NCBI RefSeq assembly: GCF_042096255.1
Contig: NZ_JBELLZ010000003.1
Coordinates: forward strand, 18,104-82,103
Direction: 5' to 3'
Length of the DNA: 64,000 nt
Origin: Sphingomonas sp.
GTDB lineage: Bacteria; Pseudomonadota; Alphaproteobacteria; Sphingomonadales; Sphingomonadaceae
How positions within the stretch are numbered: position 1 is the stretch's first letter; every line of letters starts with the position of its first letter. Below, piece after piece: positions 28,591 through 38,506 of the stretch. The notes under the pieces were generated by a model. The model saw only the letters and a list, made by a program, of their open reading frames with translations. It made no database searches and had not been told where the DNA came from. Both the position numbers and the translations under genes were made by a program.

Positions 28591-31500
28591 ATGCCCGCCC
28601 TCACCTCGATCCTCTCCGCCGCCGCCCCCCTCACCCTTTCGGGCGTCCCAACCGGCTTCCTCCCCGCACTGCTCGGCGACCTCGCGCGCGCCGCCAGGAC
28701 GCGCGCGGTGTTCATCGCGCCCGACGAGGCGGCGATGCGCGCGATCAGCCAGACCGCGGCGTTCTTCGCGCCCGACCTGGAGATCATCGAGTTCCCCGCC
28801 TGGGACTGCCTGCCCTATGACCGCGCCTCGCCGACACTGAGGATCATGGCGGAGCGGGTCGGCGCCCTCCATCGCCTCCAGCAGAAGGCAAAGGGGCCGC
28901 AGCTCGTCCTCACTACCGCCAACGCCGCTACCCAACGCACGCTGACCCCGTTCCGCATCCGCCAACTGGTCGCCAACCTGAAGCCCGGCGAGCGGATCGG
29001 CCGCGACAAGCTCTCCGCCCTGCTCACCGCCAACGGCTATGTCCGCACCGACACGGTCCACGACCAGGGCGAATATGCGGTGCGCGGCGGGATCGTCGAC
29101 CTGTTCCCGAGCGGCGAGGAGCAGGCGCTGCGCCTCGACTTCTTCGGCGACGAGATCGAGACGGTGCGCACCTTCGATCCTGGCGACCAACGAACCACCG
29201 GCCGGATCGACGGCTTCGTCCTGCTGCCCGCCTCCGAGGCGCTGCTCGACGAGGAGAGCGTCAAGCGCTTCCGCGCGCGCTATCGGGAGACGTTCGGCGC
29301 CACCGCCACCGGGGACCCGCTCTACCAGGCGGTCAGCGAAGGGCGCCGCCTGGCCGGCATGGAGCATTGGCTGCCGCTCTTCGAGGACAAGCTCGCCACC
29401 CTGTTCGACCATCTCGGCGATTCGGTGGCGGTGCGCGACCATGGGGTACGCGCCGCGGGCGAGGCGCGGTTCGAGGCGGTCGCGGATTATTACGAGAACA
29501 GGAAGCGCGCCGAGGCCGCCCAGCCGGGAAGCTATCGCGCCTTGCCCGCCAAGACGCTCTACCTCGCGCCAAAGGAATGGGACGCCGAGCTGGAGGCAGC
29601 CGCCTGCCACACCACCACGCCGTTCCACGAGCCTCAATCGAACACCGTGTTCGACTTCGAGGTGGATGGCGCGCGCGACTTCGCGCCCGAGCGCGCCGGC
29701 GGCAGCAACGTCTATGAGGCGGTGGTCGCGCACCTCTCGGCGCTGCGCAAGGAAGGGCGCAAGCCGATCCTCGCCAGCTATTCGAACGGCGCACGCGAGC
29801 GGCTGACGAGCCTGCTCAAGGACCATGGCCTCACCGGCGCCAAGTTCGTCGATACCTGGCAGGAGGCGCAGGGGGTCGGCGAGACGCAGGTCGCGCTAAT
29901 GGTGCTGCCGCTCGACAACGGCTTCACCACCCCGGCGCTGGCGGTGCTGACCGAACAGGACATGCTGGGTGACCGGCTGGTCCGCCGCAAGAAGCGCCGC
30001 AAGTCCGCCGACGCCTTCCTGGCCGAGCTGTCGACGCTCTCGCCCGGCGACCTCGTCGTCCACACCGATCACGGCATCGGCAAGTATGAGGGGCTGACCC
30101 AGGTACCCGTCGCCAACGCGCCGCACGATTGCGTCGCGCTGGAATATGCCGGCGGATCGAAGCTGTACGTGCCGGTCGAGAACCTGGAGGTGCTCTCCCG
30201 CTACGGCTCCAGCGAGGAAGGCGCCACGCTCGACCGGCTCGGCGGCGAGGCGTGGCAGCGGCGCAAATCGCAGATGAAGGAGCGCATCCGCGAGATCGCG
30301 GGCGAGCTGATCGCCACCGCGGCCGAGCGCGCGCTCCGCCCCGGCGAGGTCGCAGAGCCCGACGGCAGCGGCTATTCCACCTTCGTCGATCGCTTCCCCT
30401 ATGAGGAAACCGACGACCAGGATCGCGCGATCGAGGACGTGCTGGGCGATCTCGGCGCGGGGCGGCCGATGGATCGGCTGATCGTCGGCGACGTCGGCTT
30501 CGGCAAGACTGAGGTGGCGCTGCGCGCCGCCTTCGTCGCGGCGATGGCGGGGATGCAGGTGGCGGTGGTCTGCCCGACCACTCTGCTCGCGCGCCAGCAC
30601 CATATGAACTTCCGCCAGCGCTTCGAGGGCTTCCCGATCGAGATCGGCCGCCTCTCGCGCCTGGTACCCGCGTCTGAGGCCAAGAAGGTGAAGGAAGGGC
30701 TGGCGGACGGCACCATCGACGTGGTGGTCGGCACGCATGCGTTGCTCGCCAAGGGGATCACCTTCAAGCGGCTCGGCCTCGTCATCGTCGACGAGGAGCA
30801 GCGCTTCGGCGTCACCCACAAGGAGAAGCTCAAGGCGCTCAAGGCCGAGGTCCACCTGCTGACCCTCACCGCCACGCCGATCCCGCGCACGCTGCAGATG
30901 GCGATGAGCGGGCTGCGCGAACTGTCCGTCATCCAGACACCGCCGGTCGATCGTCTGGCGGTGCGCACCTATGTGATGCCGTGGGACCCGGTGGTATTGC
31001 GCGAGGCACTGCTGCGCGAACATTATCGCGGCGGCCAGAGCTTCCTGGTCACCCCGCGCATCGCCGACCTGCCCGAGATCGAGGAGTTCCTGCGCGAGGC
31101 GGTGCCCGAGGTCCGCTACGTCGTCGCGCACGGGCAGATGTCGGCGAGCGAGGTCGAGGAGCGGATGAGCGCCTTCTACGACAGGAAATATGAGGTGCTG
31201 GTCTCCACCACCATCATCGAGAGCGGCATCGACATCCCCTCCGCCAACACGATGATCGTCAACCGCGCCGATCGCTTCGGGCTCGCCCAGCTCTATCAGC
31301 TGCGCGGCCGCGTCGGCCGGTCGAAGACGCGCGCCTATGCCTATATGGTCACCCCGCCCGAGCGGATGCTGAGCGAGGCGGCGGAGAAGCGCCTCAAGGT
31401 GCTGTCCGATCTCGACTCGCTCGGCGCCGGCTTCCAGCTCGCCAGCCACGATCTCGACATTCGCGGCGCGGGCAACCTGCTGGGCGACGAACAGTCCGGC

Positions 31501-32043
31501 CACATCAAGGAGGTCGGCTACGAGCTCTACCAGTCGATGCTGGAGGAGGCGATCATGGACGCCAAGGCGGGCGGCCTCGCCAAGCGGCGCGAGGACTTCT
31601 CGCCGCAGATCACCGTCGATGCGCCGATCCTGATCCCGGAGGAATATGTGCCGGACCTCGACCTGCGCATGGGCCTCTACCGCCGCCTCAACGAGCTGGA
31701 GGCGAAGCAGGACCTGGAGGCGTTCGCCGCGGAGATGATCGATCGGTTCGGGCCGCTGCCCGAGGCGACCGACAATCTGGTCAAGGTCATCGAGATCAAG
31801 CTAAACGCGAAGACCGCCTGCATCGCCAAGATGGACATCGGGCCGAAGGGCGCGCTGGTCACCTTCCACGACGACAATCCGCCCAACGTGCCGGGGCTGA
31901 TGGCCTATGTCGAGAAGCTGGGCGGGATCGCCAAGCTGCGGCCTGATTCGAAGCTGGCGCTGACGCGCAACTGGGCAGATCCGGCGGCGCGGCTGCACGG
32001 TGCGCTGCAACTGTCGAAGGGGCTGGCTAAGGCTGCGGGGTGA
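28591..32043 (+). CDS. mfd: Transcription-repair coupling factor
   Basis: WDCLPYDRASP, VHTDHGIGKY, GDVGFGKTEVALRAAF, DEEQRFGV, TATPIPRTL, GLAQLYQLRGRVGRS. Confidence 0.98.
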   Translation: MPALTSILSAAAPLTLSGVPTGFLPALLGDLARAARTRAVFIAPDEAAMRAISQTAAFFAPDLEIIEFPAWDCLPYDRASPTLRIMAERVGALHRLQQKAKGPQLVLTTANAATQRTLTPFRIRQLVANLKPGERIGRDKLSALLTANGYVRTDTVHDQGEYAVRGGIVDLFPSGEEQALRLDFFGDEIETVRTFDPGDQRTTGRIDGFVLLPASEALLDEESVKRFRARYRETFGATATGDPLYQAVSEGRRLAGMEHWLPLFEDKLATLFDHLGDSVAVRDHGVRAAGEARFEAVADYYENRKRAEAAQPGSYRALPAKTLYLAPKEWDAELEAAACHTTTPFHEPQSNTVFDFEVDGARDFAPERAGGSNVYEAVVAHLSALRKEGRKPILASYSNGARERLTSLLKDHGLTGAKFVDTWQEAQGVGETQVALMVLPLDNGFTTPALAVLTEQDMLGDRLVRRKKRRKSADAFLAELSTLSPGDLVVHTDHGIGKYEGLTQVPVANAPHDCVALEYAGGSKLYVPVENLEVLSRYGSSEEGATLDRLGGEAWQRRKSQMKERIREIAGELIATAAERALRPGEVAEPDGSGYSTFVDRFPYEETDDQDRAIEDVLGDLGAGRPMDRLIVGDVGFGKTEVALRAAFVAAMAGMQVAVVCPTTLLARQHHMNFRQRFEGFPIEIGRLSRLVPASEAKKVKEGLADGTIDVVVGTHALLAKGITFKRLGLVIVDEEQRFGVTHKEKLKALKAEVHLLTLTATPIPRTLQMAMSGLRELSVIQTPPVDRLAVRTYVMPWDPVVLREALLREHYRGGQSFLVTPRIADLPEIEEFLREAVPEVRYVVAHGQMSASEVEERMSAFYDRKYEVLVSTTIIESGIDIPSANTMIVNRADRFGLAQLYQLRGRVGRSKTRAYAYMVTPPERMLSEAAEKRLKVLSDLDSLGAGFQLASHDLDIRGAGNLLGDEQSGHIKEVGYELYQSMLEEAIMDAKAGGLAKRREDFSPQITVDAPILIPEEYVPDLDLRMGLYRRLNELEAKQDLEAFAAEMIDRFGPLPEATDNLVKVIEIKLNAKTACIAKMDIGPKGALVTFHDDNPPNVPGLMAYVEKLGGIAKLRPDSKLALTRNWADPAARLHGALQLSKGLAKAAG

Positions 32044-32049
32044 TTGCTG

Positions 32050-32073
32050 CCCTTCTCCCATCAAGAGAGAGGG
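32050..32073. repeat. Degenerate repeat-family hairpin / terminator between convergent genes
   Basis: cccttctccc-atcaa-gagagaggg. Confidence 0.45.
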
Positions 32074-32077
32074 CCTA

Positions 32078-33598
32078 TCACCCGACCAATTTCGCCAGTC
32101 GCTCTCCATCCACCGGCTCCGAACACAGGAACCCCTGGTACAGATCGCCGCCCTCCGCGGCGAGCAGCGCGCGCTCGGCCTCCGTCTCCACGCCTTCCGC
32201 GATCGTCTCCATGCCGAGCGAGCGCGCGATCGCGATCACGCCGCGGACGATCACCCGGTCGCGCTCGGAGCCGGCGATGTCGCGGGTCAAACTGCGGTCG
32301 ATCTTGAGATAGTCGATCGGCAGCGCCTTGAGGTAGGCGAGGCTGGAATAGCCGGTGCCGAAATCGTCGATGGCGATGCGACAGCCCGCGCCGCGCAGCC
32401 GTGCCAGCACCGCGCCGGCGCGGTCGAGGTCGTCGATCAGCCCGGTCTCCACGATCTCCGCCGTCACCCGACCGCGTGCAACGCCGCTTGCATCGATTCG
32501 CGCCAGGAACGCCTCCGCGAAACCGGGCCGCGCGAGGTCGGCCGCGGTGACATTGACCGACACCCGCAGCCGCGCCAGCGCCGCCGGCCAGTCAGCCACC
32601 TCCGCCAGCGCGCGGCGCTGAATGTGTTCGGAAACGGCGTTGCCGAGATCGGCACGCTCGGCTGCGGCGAACAGGTCGTCCGCGCCCAGCCCGCCCAGCA
32701 CCGGATGGTCCCAGCGCGCCAGCGCCTCCACCCCCAGGATCGCGCCCGAGCCGAGCGCGACCTGCGGCTGGTAGCGAATAGCGATCTCGCTGCGTTCGAT
32801 CGCACGATGCAGATCGGCGGCAAGCGCGTCGAGCTTACCGTCGTTCGCCGCCGGGCCGCTCGGCTGACCAAGGGTCCGGCGTGCGCGCGACAGCAGCACC
32901 GGCAGATCGTCGCCCGGTGCCGCCCGGGCAGTGCCGATCCGCGTTCCCAGGCTTGCCGCCGTGCCGGCGGCGTCGAAGGGGAGCGCCAAAGCACGGTCCA
33001 GCGCGGCGATCGCATCGGGCGCCACCCCTCCATCGGTGAGCAGCACGAACTCGGTGCCGGCGCGGCGCAACATCGCCCCGGCGCCGAGGGCCTGCCGGGC
33101 CCAGCCTTCGATCCGCGCCGCGGCTGCCGCCATCAGCGCGTCTCCGGTGGCGCGCCCGTAAGCGGCGTTGACGAACTCGAACCGGGTCAGCACGACCACA
33201 ATCGCTGATACCGGCTCCGTTCGCTCCGCCAGCCAGTCGGCCAGTACGCCGTCCTCGCGCCGCACCGGATCGCGCCGCTCAGGCCTGACCCACCCGTCCG
33301 CGCGCACGAAGCGCTCCGCGAAAGCAAGCGCCGCGGCGACGTCGGCCGGGCCAAAGTCCGCGGCCAGCCAGTGCGTCGCTCCGGCGGCATGCGCCTGCCA
33401 AGCCGCCGCGCTGCCGGTCAGCGTCGAAACGGCGATCACCGCCTGCGCGATCGCCTCGATCGGGCCGTCGGCCAGATCGACGATCGCGATCACCGCGCGT
33501 GCGTCCACTGTCCAGCCCGCCGCATCCACCAACGCCGCGATCGTTCCCCCGCGGCACCCACTATGGATCGCCACGCGGCGGTTGAAGCTTTCGTCCAT
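32078..33598 (-). CDS. GGDEF-EAL protein: degenerate GGDEF, intact EAL phosphodiesterase motifs
   Basis: RRAGTEF in place of RxGGDEF; YQPQV, VEALARW, DDFGTGYSSL, KIDRS, AEGVET, YQG. Confidence 0.88.
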   Translation of the reverse strand: MDESFNRRVAIHSGCRGGTIAALVDAAGWTVDARAVIAIVDLADGPIEAIAQAVIAVSTLTGSAAAWQAHAAGATHWLAADFGPADVAAALAFAERFVRADGWVRPERRDPVRREDGVLADWLAERTEPVSAIVVVLTRFEFVNAAYGRATGDALMAAAAARIEGWARQALGAGAMLRRAGTEFVLLTDGGVAPDAIAALDRALALPFDAAGTAASLGTRIGTARAAPGDDLPVLLSRARRTLGQPSGPAANDGKLDALAADLHRAIERSEIAIRYQPQVALGSGAILGVEALARWDHPVLGGLGADDLFAAAERADLGNAVSEHIQRRALAEVADWPAALARLRVSVNVTAADLARPGFAEAFLARIDASGVARGRVTAEIVETGLIDDLDRAGAVLARLRGAGCRIAIDDFGTGYSSLAYLKALPIDYLKIDRSLTRDIAGSERDRVIVRGVIAIARSLGMETIAEGVETEAERALLAAEGGDLYQGFLCSEPVDGERLAKLVG

Positions 33599-33739
33599 CG
33601 GCGCGGGTCTAGATGGCCGCTGCCAGTAATCAACTGCGTGCGGACCCAAACGCAGCGCCCACCGTTCCGCATCGGGATGACTCCTCCCGATCCGGGCGCG
33701 CGCTTGCACCCCGCCGTAGCAACGCCTAGCTTCAGCGGG

Positions 33740-34735
33740 GTGAGATCCGATCCTCTTATCGACGCGCATGGGCGTCAGATCCGCTATCTGCGGATCTCCG
33801 TCACCGATCGGTGTGACCTGCGCTGCCGCTATTGCATGGCAGAGCAGATGACCTTCCTGCCGCGCAGCGCTCTGCTGGCGCTGGAGGAGATCGCCATCAT
33901 CGCGGAGCGGTTCATCGCCCGCGGCGTCCGCAAGATCCGGTTGTCGGGAGGCGAGCCGCTGGTCCGGCGTGATATCGGCGAGTTGGTCCGCCGGCTCGGC
34001 GGCCATGTCGGCACCGGACTCGACGAACTGACCATGACCACCAACGGTACGCGCCTCGCGCAGCACGCCGTGGCGCTGCGTGAAGCCGGCATTCGCCGCG
34101 TCAACGTCAGCCTCGACAGCCGTAATGCCGAGACGTTTCGCTACATCACCCGGCACGGAAACGTGGCCGAGGTGCTGGACGGCATTGCCGCCGCCGCCGC
34201 CGTGGGACTTCGCGTCAAGATTAACATGGTGGCGCTCGCCGGGCTCAACGAGGAAGAGATCGCGCCGATGCTCGATTGGTGCGTCGCCGAGGGACATGAC
34301 CTGACGCTGATCGAGACCATGCCGCTCGGCGCCGTCGACGAGGATCGCGCCGACCGCTTCGTGCCGCTCACCCGCTTGTTCGAGGACCTGTCCGCCCGCT
34401 TCGCGCTGTCGCGCGATCCGCACGGTACCGGCGGCCCCGCGCGCTACTGGCAGGTGGACGACAGCGGCACGCGTCTGGGTTTGATCTCACCGCTCACCGC
34501 GAACTTCTGCGATGGCTGCAACCGTGTCCGCCTCACCACCGAGGGCAAGCTGTACATGTGCCTCGGTCATGACGACCAGGTCGATCTCAAGGCCGCGCTG
34601 CGCGACGGCGGCGTCGACGCGCTCGATGCCGCCATCGACGGTGCGCTCGCGATCAAGCCGGCGCGCCACGACTTTAGCATCTCGCGCGGCGCGGCACCCG
34701 CGGTGGCGCGGCACATGAGCGTGACCGGCGGATGA
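33740..34735 (+). CDS. moaA: GTP 3',8-cyclase MoaA
   Basis: YLRISVTDRCDLRCRYC, FCDGCNRVRLT, MSVTGG; start GTG 33740 (ATG 33677 possible). Confidence 0.97.
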   Translation: MRSDPLIDAHGRQIRYLRISVTDRCDLRCRYCMAEQMTFLPRSALLALEEIAIIAERFIARGVRKIRLSGGEPLVRRDIGELVRRLGGHVGTGLDELTMTTNGTRLAQHAVALREAGIRRVNVSLDSRNAETFRYITRHGNVAEVLDGIAAAAAVGLRVKINMVALAGLNEEEIAPMLDWCVAEGHDLTLIETMPLGAVDEDRADRFVPLTRLFEDLSARFALSRDPHGTGGPARYWQVDDSGTRLGLISPLTANFCDGCNRVRLTTEGKLYMCLGHDDQVDLKAALRDGGVDALDAAIDGALAIKPARHDFSISRGAAPAVARHMSVTGG

Positions 34736-35511
34736 ACAGCTACCCGCGGCGCGCGCTGGTCGCGTCGCCGACCGAGCAGGCGCAGGCCGCGCGACAGGTG
34801 CTTGCCGACGCTTGGGACTGGTGCGACCCATCAGAGGCGGACGTGGTGATCGCGCTGGGCGGCGACGGGTTTCTTCTCCAGACGCTGCACACGATGCTCG
34901 GACGCCACCATCCCGCCGTGCCGGTGTTCGGGATGAACCTGGGAACGGTCGGCTTCCTGATGAACGAATGGCGACCGTTCGGGCTTGACGAGCGACTGTC
35001 GAGTGCGCGCAGCTTCAAGGTCAATCCGCTTGCGATGATCGCCACCGGCATCGACGGCCGCCTGCACCACCACCCTGCAATCAACGAGGTATCGCTGCTG
35101 CGCGAGACGCGGCAGACCGCCAAGATCGAGGTCAGCGTCAACGAACGGGTGGTGCTGGAGGAGCTCGCCTGCGACGGCATCCTCGCCGCCACGCCCGCAG
35201 GCTCCACTGCCTACAACCTGTCCGCGCAGGGCCCGATCCTGCCGCTCGGCGCCTCAATGATCGCCCTCACCCCGATCAGCCCATTCAGGCCGCGACGCTG
35301 GCGGGGGGCGATCCTGCCGGACAAGGCAAGGATCGCGCTGCGGGTACTCGACCCAAGCAAGCGCCCCGTCTCGGCGGTGGCGGACCAGCACGAGGTCCGC
35401 GATGTGGCTCGCGTCGAGATCGCGATCGATCGCACCCGCGAGCTGACGCTCTTGTTCGATCCCGAGCACGCGCTGGACGACCGGATCACGATGGAACAGT
35501 TCGCCTCCTGA
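34732..35511 (+). CDS. nadK: NAD kinase
   Basis: ALGGDGF, GTVGFLMNE, AINEV, DGILAATPAGSTAYNLSA. Confidence 0.95.
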   Translation: MNSYPRRALVASPTEQAQAARQVLADAWDWCDPSEADVVIALGGDGFLLQTLHTMLGRHHPAVPVFGMNLGTVGFLMNEWRPFGLDERLSSARSFKVNPLAMIATGIDGRLHHHPAINEVSLLRETRQTAKIEVSVNERVVLEELACDGILAATPAGSTAYNLSAQGPILPLGASMIALTPISPFRPRRWRGAILPDKARIALRVLDPSKRPVSAVADQHEVRDVARVEIAIDRTRELTLLFDPEHALDDRITMEQFAS

Positions 35512-35598
35512 AACGCGTCACAGCGGCATACGCGCGCATGCTTTCAGGGGGGTTGAAACACGCAACGGCGGCTGTATAGGACGCCGCTCCGGTGACGG

Positions 35599-35673
35599 TC
35601 CCTGATAGCTCAGCGGTAGAGCTCTCGACTGTTAATCGAGCGGCCGTAGGTTCGAATCCTACTCAGGGAGCCA
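35599..35673 (+). tRNA. tRNA-Asn (GTT)
   Basis: TCCCTGA/TCAGGGA acceptor stem, ctcga-ctGTTaa-tcgag anticodon arm, GGTTCGAATCC, encoded CCA. Confidence 0.98.
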
Positions 35674-35746
35674 CCGGATCCTCTCGCGACGCCCGCGTTG
35701 GCGCGCGCCTTGCAATCAGGCCAAGCCGCGACGTTGTGCGCAGCGA

Positions 35747-36520
35747 TCAGGCGCTCAGGCGCGCCTTCTCGTGATAACTGGCGAGGGCCTGACTCAGGAA
35801 CGACCAGAAATACTCACCGGCCGTCTTCTCGAAGCTGTCGCGATAGTGGGTGCTGTCAAGAAGCGCGGCTTGCTGATCGTGCTGGACCAGCATGTCCTTG
35901 GTCGAGAATTTCGGAATGCCGTGCTTGTGCCCGACCTCCGAAAGCAGTTCGGACAGGCGCTCGCGCGCGGGCAGCGGATTCCCATCCTTGTCCAGCGCAT
36001 GAATGTGGTCGCAGATCGTGACGGGTGCCTGAACCTCCGCACCGATGGCGCGCAGATTGCCCACGATATCGGCTTCCGATTCTTGGGCGAGCTTTATGTC
36101 GCGAAGGGGGTGCCCTGCCGGCCAGGGCACACCCCGTTTGGACGTGGATGCGCGATTGTCGAGTCCGAGTGCGTCCGCCGCAGTCCAAACCTTCGGCACG
36201 TGGACGAACTCACCCGCGACGGTGGCGACCTTCAGGGCGGAAATCTCGACCAGAACCAGATCGATGTCGCGAACGGAACCGGGTCGCGCGAGCGACGGCG
36301 ATTCCTCCCGGTCAGGCACATCGACGAACGGACGCAAACGCTCGTCCAGCTTCAGGGATCCCCGGATCAGGCGCACATATTGCAGTCCTTCCCCGGAAGA
36401 GTGGGTGAACCACGGCTCCTCCTTGTTCGCGAAGTCGATCACGCCAAGCTTGTGCAGGGATCGCAGCGGACGTGCGATCCGGCAGCTGCCGACGGCGAGA
36501 ATGCGGGGTTTGGTGGCCAT
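35747..36520 (-). CDS. Hypothetical protein, possibly SGNH-like (GSCR...DxxHY)
   Basis: ILAVGSCRI at N-terminus, DLVLVEIS, LLDSTHY near C-terminus. Confidence 0.7.
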   Translation of the reverse strand: MATKPRILAVGSCRIARPLRSLHKLGVIDFANKEEPWFTHSSGEGLQYVRLIRGSLKLDERLRPFVDVPDREESPSLARPGSVRDIDLVLVEISALKVATVAGEFVHVPKVWTAADALGLDNRASTSKRGVPWPAGHPLRDIKLAQESEADIVGNLRAIGAEVQAPVTICDHIHALDKDGNPLPARERLSELLSEVGHKHGIPKFSTKDMLVQHDQQAALLDSTHYRDSFEKTAGEYFWSFLSQALASYHEKARLSA

Positions 36521-36609
36521 ACCAGGGAAGTAGCGACGCGGCGTTTGCGTGGCTAGGCCGGGCGAACCGGTCCGTTGGCGGGCCGTGCCCGCCCTGCCCG
36601 GCCGCGCCT

Positions 36610-37026
36610 TTATGGCATGCCCGATGCTTCCAGCCAGGCCGCGACAAGGCGGTCGGCCTTATCGGTCAGTTCCACGAGGTGACGACGTCGGTCAACGGGA
36701 TCGGGTCGGCGTTGTACCAGGCCGTCGTCACACAGTAGCTTGATCCAGCGAAGGCCAGTGGTCGCGGGCACCCGGCCAGCAATGCACGCTCCACTGATCG
36801 TCACCTGGGTCCGGGTCCGCCGCGCCACGAACAGGTCGATGAGCATATATGCCCCGGCGCTGCACAGGTGCCCGGGGAACAATGACTGCCCGAGGTCCAC
36901 CTGGCGTAGTACCCGGCGGGCCACCGACACCAGGTCAGGCGACCCGTTAGCCACCCCGGCGCCCCCCGGTCGCGTGCCCGCGACGTGACCCGTCCCGACG
37001 CGGTCCGTCGCCGCCGCGCCGGTCAC
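36610..37026 (-). CDS. MarR-like winged-helix DNA-binding protein
   Basis: MLIDLF, ISGACIA..VPATTGLRWI..L...GLVQR.PDPVDRRRHLVELT; true start may be GTG 36954. Confidence 0.82.
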   Translation of the reverse strand: MTGAAATDRVGTGHVAGTRPGGAGVANGSPDLVSVARRVLRQVDLGQSLFPGHLCSAGAYMLIDLFVARRTRTQVTISGACIAGRVPATTGLRWIKLLCDDGLVQRRPDPVDRRRHLVELTDKADRLVAAWLEASGMP

Positions 37027-37441
37027 GGTCGCGCCTCCAGTCGATCAGCACTCCCAGCAGCAGCACGCCCATCTTGGGCAGCGACCAGACCACCTCCAGG
37101 ATGAAGTACACCCGGAAGGCCAGGGCGGGCGCAAGCATGGCGCTGAAATGCGCGCACACCGTCAGCACATGCAGGCCCGCAAGCCAGATCGGCCAGTATC
37201 GGCGACTGCGTAGCGCCACGACGTACAAACCGAGGAGCAACACCGTGTCTATGGCGAATACCAGATAGTTCGGGCTGGCCCAGCGCCAGTCGACGTAACT
37301 GGCGCCGGTTGTTGAGACATATGCGGTTACGTACAGGAGCGCGGTCCATCGGCCGGCGGTTCCTCCAAGTAATGCTGCGGTGCCGCACGCGACGGCGACC
37401 AGCGTGGCGAACAGAAAGGGAGAGGCCGAAACCAGCCACAT
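36947..37441 (-). CDS. Hypothetical integral membrane protein (about 4-5 TM)
   Basis: Alternating hydrophobic segments; ALRSRRYWPIWLAGLH; basic C-tail. Confidence 0.82.
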   Translation of the reverse strand: MWLVSASPFLFATLVAVACGTAALLGGTAGRWTALLYVTAYVSTTGASYVDWRWASPNYLVFAIDTVLLLGLYVVALRSRRYWPIWLAGLHVLTVCAHFSAMLAPALAFRVYFILEVVWSLPKMGVLLLGVLIDWRRDRDRRGGDGPRRDGSRRGHATGGRRGG

Positions 37442-37463
37442 CGGACGGTCTCAGCCGCCGCGA

Positions 37464-37838
37464 TCAGGCGACCACCGGTTCCTGAACCGGGGCCTGAGCG
37501 CAAACGGCGGCGCCGCCGGCGTGCGCGTCGCTGTTGATGGGACAAGTCGCCGCGCAGCCCTCCAGGACCGGCTGAGCCCCGAACGACGGCGCCATGGCGC
37601 GAAGCAGCTTCAGGGTATCGCCGACAGCCCAGCGTGCATCCAGCATCTTGGTGGACGTTGCGTGCAGCGCGGCAAACACCCGGTGGGTATCGCTGAAGGC
37701 GGCATTGGCATCGCGCGCTGCGGTGACGACCGAGACGAACAGCCGCTGGTTGGCCAGCAGGGAATCATCATGGCTGCGGATCAGATCCTTAACTTCGTCG
37801 GAGATCATCGCAGCGGCAGGTATCGGGACGTGCGGCAT
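37464..37838 (-). CDS. Hypothetical helical protein with Cys-containing C-terminal tail
   Basis: RBS GGAGGAG before ATG 37838; amphipathic helices then EGCAATCP...VC. Confidence 0.78.
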   Translation of the reverse strand: MPHVPIPAAAMISDEVKDLIRSHDDSLLANQRLFVSVVTAARDANAAFSDTHRVFAALHATSTKMLDARWAVGDTLKLLRAMAPSFGAQPVLEGCAATCPINSDAHAGGAAVCAQAPVQEPVVA

Positions 37839-37863
37839 TCCGTGCTCCTCCAACGCTCCGCGT

Positions 37864-38319
37864 CTAGGACGTCACCCACAGCAGGCCCGCGCCCGTCACT
37901 GCCAGGGCGACGACGAAACTCAGGCTCACCGCGGCGACCCGAACGATCGCGAGCGTCTTCTCGATCCAATTGAGATCATGTTCAGGTCCGCTGATCGGCG
38001 GCACCGAGAACAGCCACCGAACTCCGGCGACGGACCGAGCAAGCCGTGTCCGGACAATCCCGCCAACCCCCGACGATCTGGATTGAGAAGTCGATCCAGA
38101 ACATTCCGCCGCTCTTGTCTCCGCCTCGAGAAACATCCGTGCCGCCTCCTGCCGCGAGGCGGCACCGAGAAGCCGGCTGGCCCGCGACAGATAGGTGTCG
38201 ACAGTTCCCGGCGAGAGGTCGAGCTCGCGCCCGATCGCCTTCGAAGCGCTCATGCCGCGAGCCACCAGCCGCAGGCATTCGATCTGGATCGGCGTGAGTT
38301 CGGTAAGGTCGGCAGCCAC
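37864..38319 (-). CDS. LuxR-type HTH regulator with C-terminal transmembrane helix
   Basis: LTPIQIECLRLVARG..SKAIGRELDLSPGTVDTYLSRA...LGAASRQEAAR; C-terminal hydrophobic VAAVSLSFVVALAVTGAGLLWV. Confidence 0.88.
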   Translation of the reverse strand: MAADLTELTPIQIECLRLVARGMSASKAIGRELDLSPGTVDTYLSRASRLLGAASRQEAARMFLEAETRAAECSGSTSQSRSSGVGGIVRTRLARSVAGVRWLFSVPPISGPEHDLNWIEKTLAIVRVAAVSLSFVVALAVTGAGLLWVTS

Positions 38320-38506
38320 TTGGTCCCTCCGAAACGGAGCATACCGAACCCCGCCGCAGAGTCGATGACGCCACTTTCCCGATTCGGTCCGCTGGCTTCC
38401 TCAAATGGGTTATGCGACCATCGGAAACGTGGATCGCTGCGCGAGATTGCTCCGGATCGGAGTTCAACCTAGGTGATGTCCCAACTCGGTCGCGGGAACC
38501 TTGGCA

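Noticed and set aside
32078-34423. 781-aa length of the EAL ORF
   Set aside because: The first 275 codons are antisense to moaA; the gene most plausibly starts at 33598
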